NCBI GenBank assembly: GCA_964621445.1
Contig: CAZUNO010000004.1
Location: 1-64,000 of the forward strand
Reading direction: 5' to 3'
Length of the DNA stretch: 64,000 bases
Origin: Candidatus Hadarchaeota archaeon
Lineage (GTDB): Archaea; CAYQAE01; CAYVLA01
Shown here: positions 10,088 through 20,308 of the stretch, piece by piece
Position numbering within the stretch: position 1 is the first letter of the stretch
Layout: every line of letters starts with the position of its first letter
Translations under genes and position numbers: made by a program
The notes under the pieces: model-generated
Database searches by the model: none
What the model saw: only the letters and a program-made list of their open reading frames with translations
Told to the model about the DNA's origin: nothing

Positions 10088-10103
10088 CCTTCACATTCCT
10101 GAG
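10088..10103 (+). repeat. Target-site duplication, right copy CCTTCACATTCCTGAG
   Basis: Identical to 9013-9028. Confidence 0.93.
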
Positions 10104-10174
10104 CATGACTTTTTACAGGGCCGATGACCAATATTTAATAGCATAATTTTGGTCTCTGCCAAGCAGGTGGTAGA

Positions 10175-10495
10175 GTGGAAGAAGAGGATGTTGAGGCTCT
10201 CCCGCGTGAGCTGGCTGTCGATGAACTTGAGAGACTAAGGGAAAGGGTAGGCAACTGTAGGAAGGACGTGGAAAAGAGGAAGCGGCTAATGGCTGAAGCC
10301 TTTAGACGTTTGAGGGATTCCATTGAAACGGGAGATATCCAGGATGTCAGGGAGGAATTCGAGGAGGATTTTTCAAAGGATATGGGAGAGCTTTTGGAGT
10401 CATTTGATGAATGCATGCAATGCTTTGGCGTTTGCCTGCACGCCTCCGATGTCCTGATCAGGACATTGAAGTCAGAGCTGTCGCGAAGTGAGTGA
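10175..10495 (+). CDS. Hypothetical acidic coiled-coil protein
   Basis: 106-aa helical ORF with AGGTGG RBS-like element upstream. Confidence 0.65.
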   Translation: MEEEDVEALPRELAVDELERLRERVGNCRKDVEKRKRLMAEAFRRLRDSIETGDIQDVREEFEEDFSKDMGELLESFDECMQCFGVCLHASDVLIRTLKSELSRSE

Positions 10496-10516
10496 GCGCG
10501 GACCCGGTCTGGGACC

Positions 10517-11697
10517 TCATTTCTGATCGATTACTTGGTAAAGATTGCAATAATAGACGTGGGCCTCGCTGTCCTCCGTCTCTTCCCAGTAAGGGAGTTT
10601 ATTCAAAACACAGATCACAAGTTCCAGTTCATCGTCCTGGTCGCATTGCTGCATGGTAAGTGACCAGGAGCTCGGTTGCCCCTTCATCAGGACCTTGGTG
10701 TGTTCTTCATCGTATACAAACCTCCTATCGCTGATCTCTGCTCCGGTATTCTGAAAATATATGATATCACCGTAACCCATTCCCTCCTCGCAGTTCTTGT
10801 AGACACCGTAAACTATGATATCATCGTAGCCATCCCTGTTTCCATCAACGACCAGCGTTCGGGCATAGCATCCCATATACGGGTAGTTGGGAGAATCGGG
10901 GTCGATATCCAAGGTGTTTAGGGTCATTTCCCCGCTATCTACGGTGATGTAGTTTGCTATCGATGCATTTTCGCACCCCACGACTCCTCTAGAATTGATG
11001 ACCAGGGTCTCATCCCCATTAGCGGGGTCGCCATCCAGGTTGGCGGATGCCAATCCGGAGTAAGTCTTGCCTTCACAACGGATCCTGCCCACCTCCCTAT
11101 GTATGAAATCAGGCCTCACTGGATTTGGCATAAGGGATGAGAAATCCCTACTAGCGATCTTCTCTCCCCACTTTCCCCATACAAGGGGTTGAGGATCAAC
11201 CAGGCTTCCAGGTTCGTTGAGATCAAAGTAAATTACGCCCGGGAAGGGCCGGTATTTCTCCCCCTCTAACGGAAACGATACTACATCAGCGCCACTAATA
11301 GCTTCCTTGTATCCATCATTATCGATGTCATAACCCACCAGACCTTTAATTGGCCAGCCCCCGGTGAACTCCTTTCCTCGCTTGAAATTTGGATGGAGGA
11401 ACTCCTTCTCCCATTTTCCATCTCGATAGATGTTAATGAAGACGCCACATTGGCCATGATGGTAGTGTGTTAAGGCAGTGAGCGAGCCATTGCCAAAAAG
11501 ATCGCCCCAGTACTATCGTCAGGAAGCTATGCTCCTCGTCCTGGTAGTTGGGCGAGGCCCCAGGGTTTCCACCATTCCTCCAGGCTATTGAAGTGGTCGT
11601 GGGCATTATCGATCGGTTCATTGAAAATGGTGATACATCCGGCGAATATGGATGATACTAATACTGCAGAAATTATCGTGGTAGCCTTATTGGGCAT
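10517..11697 (-). pseudogene. FG-GAP/VCBS-repeat lipoprotein split by two apparent frameshifts
   Basis: ATG at 11697 gives MPNKATTIISAVLVSSIFAGC (lipobox); FG-GAP-like repeats GDLFGNG, DIDNDGYKE, NLDGD, DGNRDGYDD in a different frame. Confidence 0.7.
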
Positions 11698-11833
11698 TCC
11701 AATCCCCTTCTTTCTGCCCAGGTGCTGGGAATTTTTACCTAAAATAGCTTGTCATATAGGTTTAACCAAGGGTAGTGGAAATCTTAACACTTTCCTGTCA
11801 TCGAGAGAAAAACTGGATGATCGAAAAGAAGCT

Positions 11834-14752
11834 TCAATTATGCTCCTCACGTGAATTCATCAGCAATAAGGAGACCAATGGTGCCAAGAGTGGGAGCAAA
11901 ATTTCCGGGACCTCGGACCTTATCCCGATATCATCGATCTGCAAGTCGGCTGAGCCGAGGGAAACAAGTCTTATATAGTCCAGTGATTGTTCCAGGCCCA
12001 GATCGACTAGGGGAATCTCGAGGTGATTCCACTGTCCCTGAACCAAATCGGGCGCAATTTGGGCAAGTGAAAGGGATGTTGTACCTTGTCCGCCGGACCC
12101 CTGTAGGATGAGCTTGCCAGCATCCAAATCAAGTGGTTTCATCTCAAGGTAAAGGCTGGTGAATCCCCTCATGGGAAGCCCGGATGGCTGAGTATATCTA
12201 TAACGTACCGAGGATCCCCTTTCGAGCCGAATTCTTTGGCAGAACCTACCCCGGAAGGGATCCTCGGTCCAAAGAAGGTCCGTGGCGGTTTCACCAACGA
12301 ATTCGGCCTTCCAGGTCGGACCAATACCTTCCTGGTATATGGGGTAGTCCCTCCCGGGCAGGATATGGATAATGATGGTACCCGTGCTCCTCATTCCCCC
12401 CTGTTCTACCGATACACCGATCGTATACTTGCCCAAAGGTGTGTTTTCCGGGATTGATACCCGAAGCGAAAACCTGCCATCCCCGGCCAGGGTATCCCCG
12501 TGGGTACCATCGTCGTATAAGCGGGGATAATTCCCGCCAAGAGGTGCCATGTCAACCCTAACCTCGGTGTTTTCATGCTCCTCGCAATCCACCTTTATGC
12601 TGAGGGTTTTGTTTTGCCCCTGTGCAATCTCCGAGGGCAGGGTAGTTGCCTCCTGAAGCCTGCAAGTAGGCCTGGGATATATGGGGTCTATTCTCAGCCT
12701 TTTGGGAAAATCATCAAGTAGACCGATCTGGCCAGTGTCTATTTGTCTAAACCCGTTCTTCAAGACCGGGGATCCCGGATCTAGGGTGAAGTTATTTTCC
12801 TGGATATCAGCGAACATGGGATTAGCGATTATGCTGTGCTGGTCGTATTTGCCCCCAAAGAGCTTCAGCCATTTTGAGAAATCTCCTTCTGCCGGGCCAC
12901 CGGAAATGGTTAGAGTTCCGTTGGGTTTCCAGAAAAGGTTGTAATCGGACTCCTTAACCCGATCCGGGGCCCAGTTCACGAAGCCGTAGACATCTCCATC
13001 CGATGATTGGAAATAGAATATATTTCTCAGATACCGGTGGCTATCCCCTCGTTCCCCTCCCATTTCCATATTTCGGATTGCAGCAGTGTTTCCGGGGGCC
13101 ACGATCAGAATGTTATTCTCAATAAGATTGCCTATACCTTTTGCAAATATGCACTGGTCCCCGCCGGCCCCGGTCACGTTGTATATGATGTTGTTGGTTA
13201 CCCTGAAGTGATCGGTTGCATCGTCCAGATATATTCCGCTCTGAAGGCCGAACTGCTCATTGCCCACATCGTGAATAAGATTGTGATCGTAGGTATTGTC
13301 CCGTCCCGGGCCCCAGGATTCCATGGCTCCCGTGTCCTGGCTATCGAGGTTCACGTGGTGTATGTGGTTGTAGGCAATGAGATTCTCCCGGGAATGGAGG
13401 TACTGGTAGTGGTTTTCCCAGGTAACACCGGGGACATTCTCCCTAAGCACCTGGAAGCGAAGCCCCTTGATGGTTGTGCCGTAACGTGGCATGTGGTGAA
13501 TGTCGTTGTGAATTATCCTGTTGTTTCCGCTCTGGTAGATATGAACGCCGTATCCATGACCCACCATCCGACCGCAGTGGTGAATATGGTTATTTTGCAC
13601 CAGATTATGATGATTCATGTTCTCTCCACCCGGTGCCGGGCCCAGGATGGAAACCCCGTGTTGACCGTTGTTTCTTATGAGATTCCCTTGGATCTCTATA
13701 CCCTGTGAATGATAAATTGCGTAAACCCCGTTTCTACCCCCGTTTTCAATTAGGCAGGAGGATATCGAGCAGTTCTCCGCTCCATCGAACAGAACCACAT
13801 CTTCCCTGGAAATTCCAAGATCCAGACCCTCAATATGGAGGTTTCTAACCGGGTTCTGCCAGGGTGCTCGTACTGTAATCACGTTTTCGGCGGTTGGGAT
13901 GACCATGGTCCGATTCTCAATATTGTCCCCGTCCGGCCAGCAGTAGATTAGACCCTTGCTGGAATCTATCTGGCATTCGCCTGGGGCCTGGAGGAGGGAT
14001 AGTACATTCAGTATTCGGTATCTATTGCCCGGGATCATCTCGTAACCCTCACCGCTTCCCATGGTAATGGTTTGATTGGTGTGGTTTATGGATACGATTT
14101 CCTTCTCCTTTGAGAACCAGTCGTGTCCCGGCCACATGAATACCCGGGCGTCCGAGAGGTCCCAACCCCGTGGATCGAGATCTTTCTCATCATAGACGAA
14201 CGCCGTCCTTTCCCTTCCCTTTACAGGACCCTCTATCTGGTAGTAACCGATCTTAGGGGTTCGGGCTATCTCCATTCTCCTGCCGTTCTCAAAAACCTGG
14301 TTGGGCTGGCAACCGTCGGGAATTGCGGTTTTCCATATGCCACCATGGTGATTGGTCCAGTTATGAAGCCTAATGCCTCCAACTAATGTTGCATTTTCAT
14401 TCGGATAGGCGGCGAAGGTGACCGAGTATTGTTTAGTGCCCGAATCCTGGGGTGTGAGCTCGAGTCCTTCAGGGAGGTAATAGGTGCCAGATCGTATTAG
14501 TACCTTGAGATTTCCTGTGAGTCCCTTGGCTACCTCCTCCCTGACTCTTTCCTGGGCAGCGAGAATGGTACTAAGCGGACCATCGGTTCGCGCTTGGTTA
14601 GGGTCCGGCAGGTTGCCCGTCCATGAATCATTACCGTTAGGCGAGACGTAGAGGAAGGTGCCGTGCTCTTGCTGGCAGGTAGCCATGGGCAAAACCAGGA
14701 GTATGAGGCCTATTATATGGATGGTTGGGAGAAATATCTTGGTCCTCGGCAA
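11834..14752 (-). CDS. Secreted right-handed beta-helix glycan-active protein (GH141-like) with choice-of-anchor X, CBM-like domain and VPE-TM tail
   Basis: YVSPNGNDSW.G...DGPL.T N-terminus; parallel beta-helix repeats; D.GA and GIYLDD; LYDDGTHGD..AGDG.F; C-terminal EVPE + TM. Confidence 0.85.
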   Translation of the reverse strand: MPRTKIFLPTIHIIGLILLVLPMATCQQEHGTFLYVSPNGNDSWTGNLPDPNQARTDGPLSTILAAQERVREEVAKGLTGNLKVLIRSGTYYLPEGLELTPQDSGTKQYSVTFAAYPNENATLVGGIRLHNWTNHHGGIWKTAIPDGCQPNQVFENGRRMEIARTPKIGYYQIEGPVKGRERTAFVYDEKDLDPRGWDLSDARVFMWPGHDWFSKEKEIVSINHTNQTITMGSGEGYEMIPGNRYRILNVLSLLQAPGECQIDSSKGLIYCWPDGDNIENRTMVIPTAENVITVRAPWQNPVRNLHIEGLDLGISREDVVLFDGAENCSISSCLIENGGRNGVYAIYHSQGIEIQGNLIRNNGQHGVSILGPAPGGENMNHHNLVQNNHIHHCGRMVGHGYGVHIYQSGNNRIIHNDIHHMPRYGTTIKGLRFQVLRENVPGVTWENHYQYLHSRENLIAYNHIHHVNLDSQDTGAMESWGPGRDNTYDHNLIHDVGNEQFGLQSGIYLDDATDHFRVTNNIIYNVTGAGGDQCIFAKGIGNLIENNILIVAPGNTAAIRNMEMGGERGDSHRYLRNIFYFQSSDGDVYGFVNWAPDRVKESDYNLFWKPNGTLTISGGPAEGDFSKWLKLFGGKYDQHSIIANPMFADIQENNFTLDPGSPVLKNGFRQIDTGQIGLLDDFPKRLRIDPIYPRPTCRLQEATTLPSEIAQGQNKTLSIKVDCEEHENTEVRVDMAPLGGNYPRLYDDGTHGDTLAGDGRFSLRVSIPENTPLGKYTIGVSVEQGGMRSTGTIIIHILPGRDYPIYQEGIGPTWKAEFVGETATDLLWTEDPFRGRFCQRIRLERGSSVRYRYTQPSGLPMRGFTSLYLEMKPLDLDAGKLILQGSGGQGTTSLSLAQIAPDLVQGQWNHLEIPLVDLGLEQSLDYIRLVSLGSADLQIDDIGIRSEVPEILLPLLAPLVSLLLMNSREEHN

Positions 14753-14956
14753 TATTTGCTCTCCGGAGTGGGACGCCCACGAATGTTTCGCAGTAATGCA
14801 CTCTTATCTCTTTCTGGATTTTCCAGGAGAATATATTTTCCATAGGGAAATCCGGGTGGTAGGAAGATGGATTTATAGTAATGGCTGGTTATCATATTGT
14901 AGGTTGGAGGGGATGATTGATATCGACGAATCTCAGTCATCAAATCATTAAAGGGG

Positions 14957-15238
14957 GTGTTTTGTATGTCCAAGCTTGAGATAAGGATGAGTTCTAGGGA
15001 CCTTACTTTAGTTACAATTATTGCCATAGCTGGAATCGGGTTTATCATCGCGCTGACCTTGATTTTGGGGATGAATTGGCCGGCAGTTTTTACCTCAATC
15101 CTGATAGTATTCCTTGGGGTGATTGGTGGTTGGCTGTATTTCAGGTGGGGGAGATATGTTACTAATGTCGCAAAGGATGAACCAAGGACAACGCGTTTAA
15201 AGAGGAGTAAACATGAGACCAGACGCTTGAAGAAGTGA
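14957..15238 (+). CDS. Small two-TM membrane protein with basic tail
   Basis: GGGGGTG RBS-like element; two hydrophobic helices. Confidence 0.55.
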   Translation: MFCMSKLEIRMSSRDLTLVTIIAIAGIGFIIALTLILGMNWPAVFTSILIVFLGVIGGWLYFRWGRYVTNVAKDEPRTTRLKRSKHETRRLKK

Positions 15239-15446
15239 ATGAACTCCATACGACCCCTATACTTTCCTGATCGAGAACATTCATCTCGAATAACACATTT
15301 TGGTATTCCAGATGGCCTAGAAGTAAAATTGAGAAATGAAACAGATTTGCCAATTGATAGTCTTTCCTCTACTTACAGGCTCTTACGGGAGGTCACTCCT
15401 GGATGGATGAATTAACGAATACGAATTCGGTTGCCAAGTCCCTGAC

Positions 15447-16289
15447 TTAGAACCCAAGTACCTCTTTCATCTTCTCGATCCCCGTGCTAGCAACATGATA
15501 GGCACCCCGTTTCTGGTAATCCTTGTTAAATAGCTCAAGGGAATACCAGCCCGCGTATCCCTTCTCCGTTAGCATCTGGTTGATATATGGAAAGGGGGCG
15601 GCTCCGTCTCCGGGGTAAACACGCTCCTCATCACCCATTAGGGTAACATCGCCACCTTTTGGGTAGTCATTGATGTGGATGAGGCCCAGTTGATCCGCTT
15701 CCAGCCTCTTCAGGATGTCGAAGTCATCGCCGCCCTTGGCAGTATGGAATATGTCGACCAGGATTGAAGCATCCGGATCGTCTATTCTTCCGATTATGTC
15801 AAGGGCGTCGGAGAGGGAGTTTAGAACTTTGGAGTGTCCCCAGAACTCCAACAACGGCTTAACACCGCTACCCCTAAAATCGTTCAAGAGGTCCTCATAA
15901 TATTTGGAGATTGTTTTCAGGGAGATCCCGGGCATGTCCTTTATTCCGGCGGGAGGCGCGGCGAGGTTTTTACATCCGATTCCCATGGCAATTTTCCGCG
16001 CTTCTGAAGCTTCTTCCAATCCCTTTTCCCGGAACCTGGCATCGGGGTGTGCCCATGGGAAGAAAGCGATTATATTAGGGACCTGGAGCTCGTGGTCCAC
16101 AAGTAGGTCACGCAGCTCGGCCACCTCCCGGCCTCCTTCCAGGAATTGCTCGATCTCTGAGAGCCAGAGTTCGATGCCGTCATAACCGGTTCGAGCGGTT
16201 AATTCGACCTTGCTTTCCAGATCTAATCCACATTCCCTGATAGAGCTAGTATTTAGGGCGAATTGTTTGTCCTTCATTTCTGGAATCAC
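15447..16289 (-). CDS. Sugar phosphate isomerase/epimerase (xylose isomerase-like TIM barrel, IolE/IolI-like)
   Basis: GYDGIELW, LEF.G, D.FH, HIND, R.YPGDG, GY.G..SLELF. Confidence 0.9.
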   Translation of the reverse strand: MIPEMKDKQFALNTSSIRECGLDLESKVELTARTGYDGIELWLSEIEQFLEGGREVAELRDLLVDHELQVPNIIAFFPWAHPDARFREKGLEEASEARKIAMGIGCKNLAAPPAGIKDMPGISLKTISKYYEDLLNDFRGSGVKPLLEFWGHSKVLNSLSDALDIIGRIDDPDASILVDIFHTAKGGDDFDILKRLEADQLGLIHINDYPKGGDVTLMGDEERVYPGDGAAPFPYINQMLTEKGYAGWYSLELFNKDYQKRGAYHVASTGIEKMKEVLGF

Positions 16290-16632
16290 GATAAACCGAT
16301 ATGCTATAAGGTAGAAAAAAATGTTGGTACAGAAGGAGATTATCCGAAATCGAAGTCCGTAAGGATATATGCAATGGAATGGACGTTTATTTTCAGTTTC
16401 ATATTGTGGGCCGGGACAACCAGGATTAAGGGAGTGAAAATTGGAACGGGGCCCGATAAACCATCCAAGCCCCCCTGATTTCCCATCCGGAACTTCAGGG
16501 AGCAGGAGTTCTTTGGCACCAATCCAGAATCATTCGAAAGTGGAGTCAATCGATTTCAAACCTGACCGAAATACTGATAAGTAACCTACATGTTCAATCT
16601 GGCCAAATTAGCAAGCAAAGGTCAGTTGCGAC

Positions 16633-17892
16633 ATGTCGGGAATAATCAATCAAGAGGTTGGAAGATCAATACAATTGCTCATTATTCTCATTCTGGGGCT
16701 GGCTCTGATGACCAGTCTCCCAGCTGGGAATTCCCAAGAAGCGGAGAAGATCAACATACTGCTCATGGGGGGCATCGGAACCACCCACTACCTCCACGAT
16801 TACTTTAGGGAGGAGCCCCTTATCGAATATACTCCCATTCCCTGCCGTGGAGTGCCTGGAGGCTCATCTGCGGCAAAGAAGATGATTCGTCTGTACTTCC
16901 CCAGAACTTATGAAGAGATGAAGGAGTATGACTTCATCTGGCTACGTTCACCGGAGTATTACTATTTCACTACCAAGCAGGATAAGTGGATGTACGACGC
17001 GGTCACCGAGGGGGCCGGGGGGATAAATGACGCAAGCGTGCTAAGCATGATTGCCCAGCTCAACATAGCCTGGGCCACCTCAGCGCTTCAGGTCGCGTTC
17101 CCAAACGAAGCACCCGCGGTGGCAGAGAAGGGAGGAGGGGTTAGTCCAATAAGTATCTTCACCGTTCAGATTAACCGGCAATTCGAGGACCCGGTGCTGA
17201 CTCCATTCATTCCCTATGATGTGGAGAAGGTGACCTGTTCCTGTGGACGTTTCGTCATACCCAGGGAAACGGCAAAGACGATGGCCTGGCAGATTGGGAA
17301 TTTTCCGGGCCATGCCAAGGTTCCATACCTGATAGTCTGGGATTACGAGGAGGGTAGAACGATGACCACCGGAGACTGCGGAGGTACACAGGGGTGGATT
17401 CGCCCCCCGAAGACCTCCTCTGATAATCTGTATGCCCCGGATATAGTGGTGAACCTCATACTTTACTCCACGGGGAGGGACCTGATCGAGGACGTGGACG
17501 TGTTCCATCGACTGAAGACCACCTTTACCGAGTACAGGAACAAGAAGGCAGTCCTTATTTCCCTGAGGGATTTCGTGGATAAGTTCGGGGCCAACACCGA
17601 GAAGATCCATGAAATGGTTGAGGAGCTGGAGGCCATGGCCAGGGAGGGAGAGGAGCACTACCTTAACCAGGAGTTCGTGGAGTGCGAGGCCTCCATGAAT
17701 AAGGCTTTTGACTACTACAAGGACGTGGAGGCCGAGGTAAAGAAGCTCAAGGATGAGGCGCTGCTTTGGGTCTACGTGATTGAGTGGGCGGTTACCACGT
17801 CCGTATTGATAATATCGGGCTTTGTTCTCTGGACCTTGATGGTGAGGAGACGCCTCTATAGGGATATCAAGACCACCAAGATGACACTTTAG
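16633..17892 (+). CDS. Membrane-anchored extracellular protein (YFPR family): GATase1-like domain, helical stalk, C-terminal TM
   Basis: Signal peptide; RLYFPRTYEE; PYLIVWDYEEGRT; coiled coil; TM + RRRLYRDIKTT. Confidence 0.85.
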   Translation: MSGIINQEVGRSIQLLIILILGLALMTSLPAGNSQEAEKINILLMGGIGTTHYLHDYFREEPLIEYTPIPCRGVPGGSSAAKKMIRLYFPRTYEEMKEYDFIWLRSPEYYYFTTKQDKWMYDAVTEGAGGINDASVLSMIAQLNIAWATSALQVAFPNEAPAVAEKGGGVSPISIFTVQINRQFEDPVLTPFIPYDVEKVTCSCGRFVIPRETAKTMAWQIGNFPGHAKVPYLIVWDYEEGRTMTTGDCGGTQGWIRPPKTSSDNLYAPDIVVNLILYSTGRDLIEDVDVFHRLKTTFTEYRNKKAVLISLRDFVDKFGANTEKIHEMVEELEAMAREGEEHYLNQEFVECEASMNKAFDYYKDVEAEVKKLKDEALLWVYVIEWAVTTSVLIISGFVLWTLMVRRRLYRDIKTTKMTL

Positions 17893-17900
17893 AGAATGTC

Positions 17901-19109
17901 ATGGAGAAGCAAACTAGGCAGGAGATACCTAAGATGAAGACCGTTTTCCCCGTTGGGACGACTCTATACAGACCTAAGCTCTGTGCAAATGGCTATTTTC
18001 TCGTATTTGGGAATTCAAGGGAACTTCCAATACGTCTGATGGACATGAACGGTCGCGTGATCAGGAGGTGGGAGCTGGACGATTCAATCAGTTCCCTGGG
18101 GACGGGCCGGGTTCATCTGCTGAGGAACGGGCACATCCTGGTTCAACGCGGTTCAATGATCTCCGAGGACGGTTCCATAGACGAATATGACTGGGAGGGG
18201 AACCTGGTCTGGAGGTACATTCCGCAAGTTAAGATCCCCCACGAGAGGCTCATGGGTCCCCACCACGATGTATGGAGAAAGGACAACGGGAACACGCTGG
18301 TGATTTGCCGGGAGGCAGTGCCCGAGAAATACCTTAAAGAGGTGCGGGAGCCCACCTGGCAGAATCAAACCATCTGTGGAGATACGATACAAGAGATCAA
18401 CAGGGATGGAGACGTGGTGTGGGAGTGGAATAGCCACGGACACCTGGATATAAACCATTACCGGTTGTTGGCCAGCCCCGAGTGGCACGCTGGGGCCCAC
18501 AATAGCACCGTTGTGGACTGGACCCACGTCAACACGGTACGCGATATCCCGGAAAATCCCTGGTACGATCAGGGGGATCGGCGTTTCAGGCCCGGAAACG
18601 TCATGATAAGCCCCCGGCAACTGGATACGGTGTATATAATCGACCGGAAAACGGGAGATATAGTGTGGGAGTACAGCGGCGACTACTTTGGTGGGTTATC
18701 AGGTCAGCACGAACCCTACATGATACCCAAGGGATTGCCCGGAGCCGGCAACGTCATGATCTTCGATAACGGCGCCTCGCCCTGGAAGGACCTGGGACAT
18801 GCCGGAAAAAGCTACGTACTGGAGGTCAATCCCATGACCAAGGAGCTGGAGTGGGTCTATGATAAGGGTTTGAACTTTCACTCGACCTACACATCCAGCG
18901 CCCAGCGACTATGGAATGGCAATACCCTGATCTGTGAATCGGTAGCTGATAGAGTGTTCCAGGTAACCCCAGAGGGGAAGACGGTTTGGGAGCACATAGC
19001 AAAGACGCCCCGCTCCTACATGTATCCTTATGATTATTGCCCCCAGACGACGGCGCTGGGAGAACCCGATCATGTACCGGTGACTCCTCCAGATGAACTA
19101 CGCATCTAG
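17901..19109 (+). CDS. Aryl-sulfate sulfotransferase (ASST) family beta-propeller
   Basis: HHD, DWTHVN, GQH, FDNG, SSAQRL.NGNTLI motifs. Confidence 0.88.
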   Translation: MEKQTRQEIPKMKTVFPVGTTLYRPKLCANGYFLVFGNSRELPIRLMDMNGRVIRRWELDDSISSLGTGRVHLLRNGHILVQRGSMISEDGSIDEYDWEGNLVWRYIPQVKIPHERLMGPHHDVWRKDNGNTLVICREAVPEKYLKEVREPTWQNQTICGDTIQEINRDGDVVWEWNSHGHLDINHYRLLASPEWHAGAHNSTVVDWTHVNTVRDIPENPWYDQGDRRFRPGNVMISPRQLDTVYIIDRKTGDIVWEYSGDYFGGLSGQHEPYMIPKGLPGAGNVMIFDNGASPWKDLGHAGKSYVLEVNPMTKELEWVYDKGLNFHSTYTSSAQRLWNGNTLICESVADRVFQVTPEGKTVWEHIAKTPRSYMYPYDYCPQTTALGEPDHVPVTPPDELRI

Positions 19110-19280
19110 CCAGATTAATCCCCTGTAATAAAAAGAGCTTTTTCGTATTATAAACTAGTTATAGCCGTCGAATGGCGATTGAGGGCACTTATGCAATTCT
19201 TTATATTCCATTATTCCCATTATTTAACCATGATGGGGAGATTTGCCGGGCAGGATGCCGTGGTTCAGGGAAGGGTAAGG

Positions 19281-19478
19281 ATGTTAGTGACCATTGGGAT
19301 TTTGGGTTTTGGTCTTCTCTTGGCGTCACTTATTATGGGATATTCAGAGAGGCTGGATATTAGTTCTCCTACTTTGAGAACATTCACGGACATATCGTTC
19401 CTGGGTGGTTTGGGAATGATAATTTTCTCGTTTCTGGCCTTTTCCTTCCTATATACCATTTCCTGTGTCGAGAAGTAG
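19281..19478 (+). CDS. Small two-TM membrane protein
   Basis: Two hydrophobic segments after purine-rich RBS. Confidence 0.45.
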   Translation: MLVTIGILGFGLLLASLIMGYSERLDISSPTLRTFTDISFLGGLGMIIFSFLAFSFLYTISCVEK

Positions 19479-19594
19479 TGATAACCTGGGACCCTTCTTT
19501 CCTCTATTTCTATTATAGGACAATCAATAATCATGCGTATACATTTTTATAATAATAATGGGATTTACAGGTAATTCATGTAATTACAGGCGCG

Positions 19595-20308
19595 ATGAGT
19601 TTGGATAATGAAGAAAGTGCTGTCTTGAGATGTAGAGGGCTGAGAAAGGTGTATGGTAGCAAGGTTGCCGTGGAGGCACTGAAAGGCATAGATCTTTCCA
19701 TATCTCATGGCGACTTCTTGGCCATTACCGGCCCCAGTGGAAGCGGCAAGTCCACACTGATGCACCTGATGGGGTGTCTTCTTAGACCTACCGAGGGGGA
19801 GATATGGGTAGAGGGCATCGCGATCTCCAAACTGTCAGAATCTCAACTGGCCGATGTTCGTGGTAGAAAGGTTGGATTCGTCTTTCAACAGTTTAACCTT
19901 CTTTCAAGAATGAGCGCATTGAAGAACGTGTCCCTGCCCCTGACCTTTCAGGGCGTGAGCAGGAAGAAGAGGGAACTTAGGGCCCGCCAACTGCTTGAGG
20001 ACCTTGGGCTTGGTCATAGAACCGACCACCTGCCAACCGAGCTGAGCGGAGGACAACGTCAGAGAGTGGCAATTGCACGTGCTCTGGTGGCCGATCCAGC
20101 AATAATTCTGGCCGATGAACCGACGGGCAATCTCGACACGAAAACTGGGAGTGAGACAATGGACATTCTTGATGAGTTGAGCGAGAGAGGTAGAACCATA
20201 GTTGTAGTCACCCATGAGAATCATATAGCGGCCAGGACTAAGCGGAGGATAAATCTGGTTGATGGCCGTATTGTATCCGGGGGTATAGAAGAGGAGGTTG
20301 GAAAATGA
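19595..20308 (+). CDS. ABC transporter ATP-binding protein (LolD/MacB-type)
   Basis: GPSGSGKST, GFVFQQFNL, LSGGQRQRVAIARAL, DEPTGNLD, VTH. Confidence 0.97.
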   Translation: MSLDNEESAVLRCRGLRKVYGSKVAVEALKGIDLSISHGDFLAITGPSGSGKSTLMHLMGCLLRPTEGEIWVEGIAISKLSESQLADVRGRKVGFVFQQFNLLSRMSALKNVSLPLTFQGVSRKKRELRARQLLEDLGLGHRTDHLPTELSGGQRQRVAIARALVADPAIILADEPTGNLDTKTGSETMDILDELSERGRTIVVVTHENHIAARTKRRINLVDGRIVSGGIEEEVGK

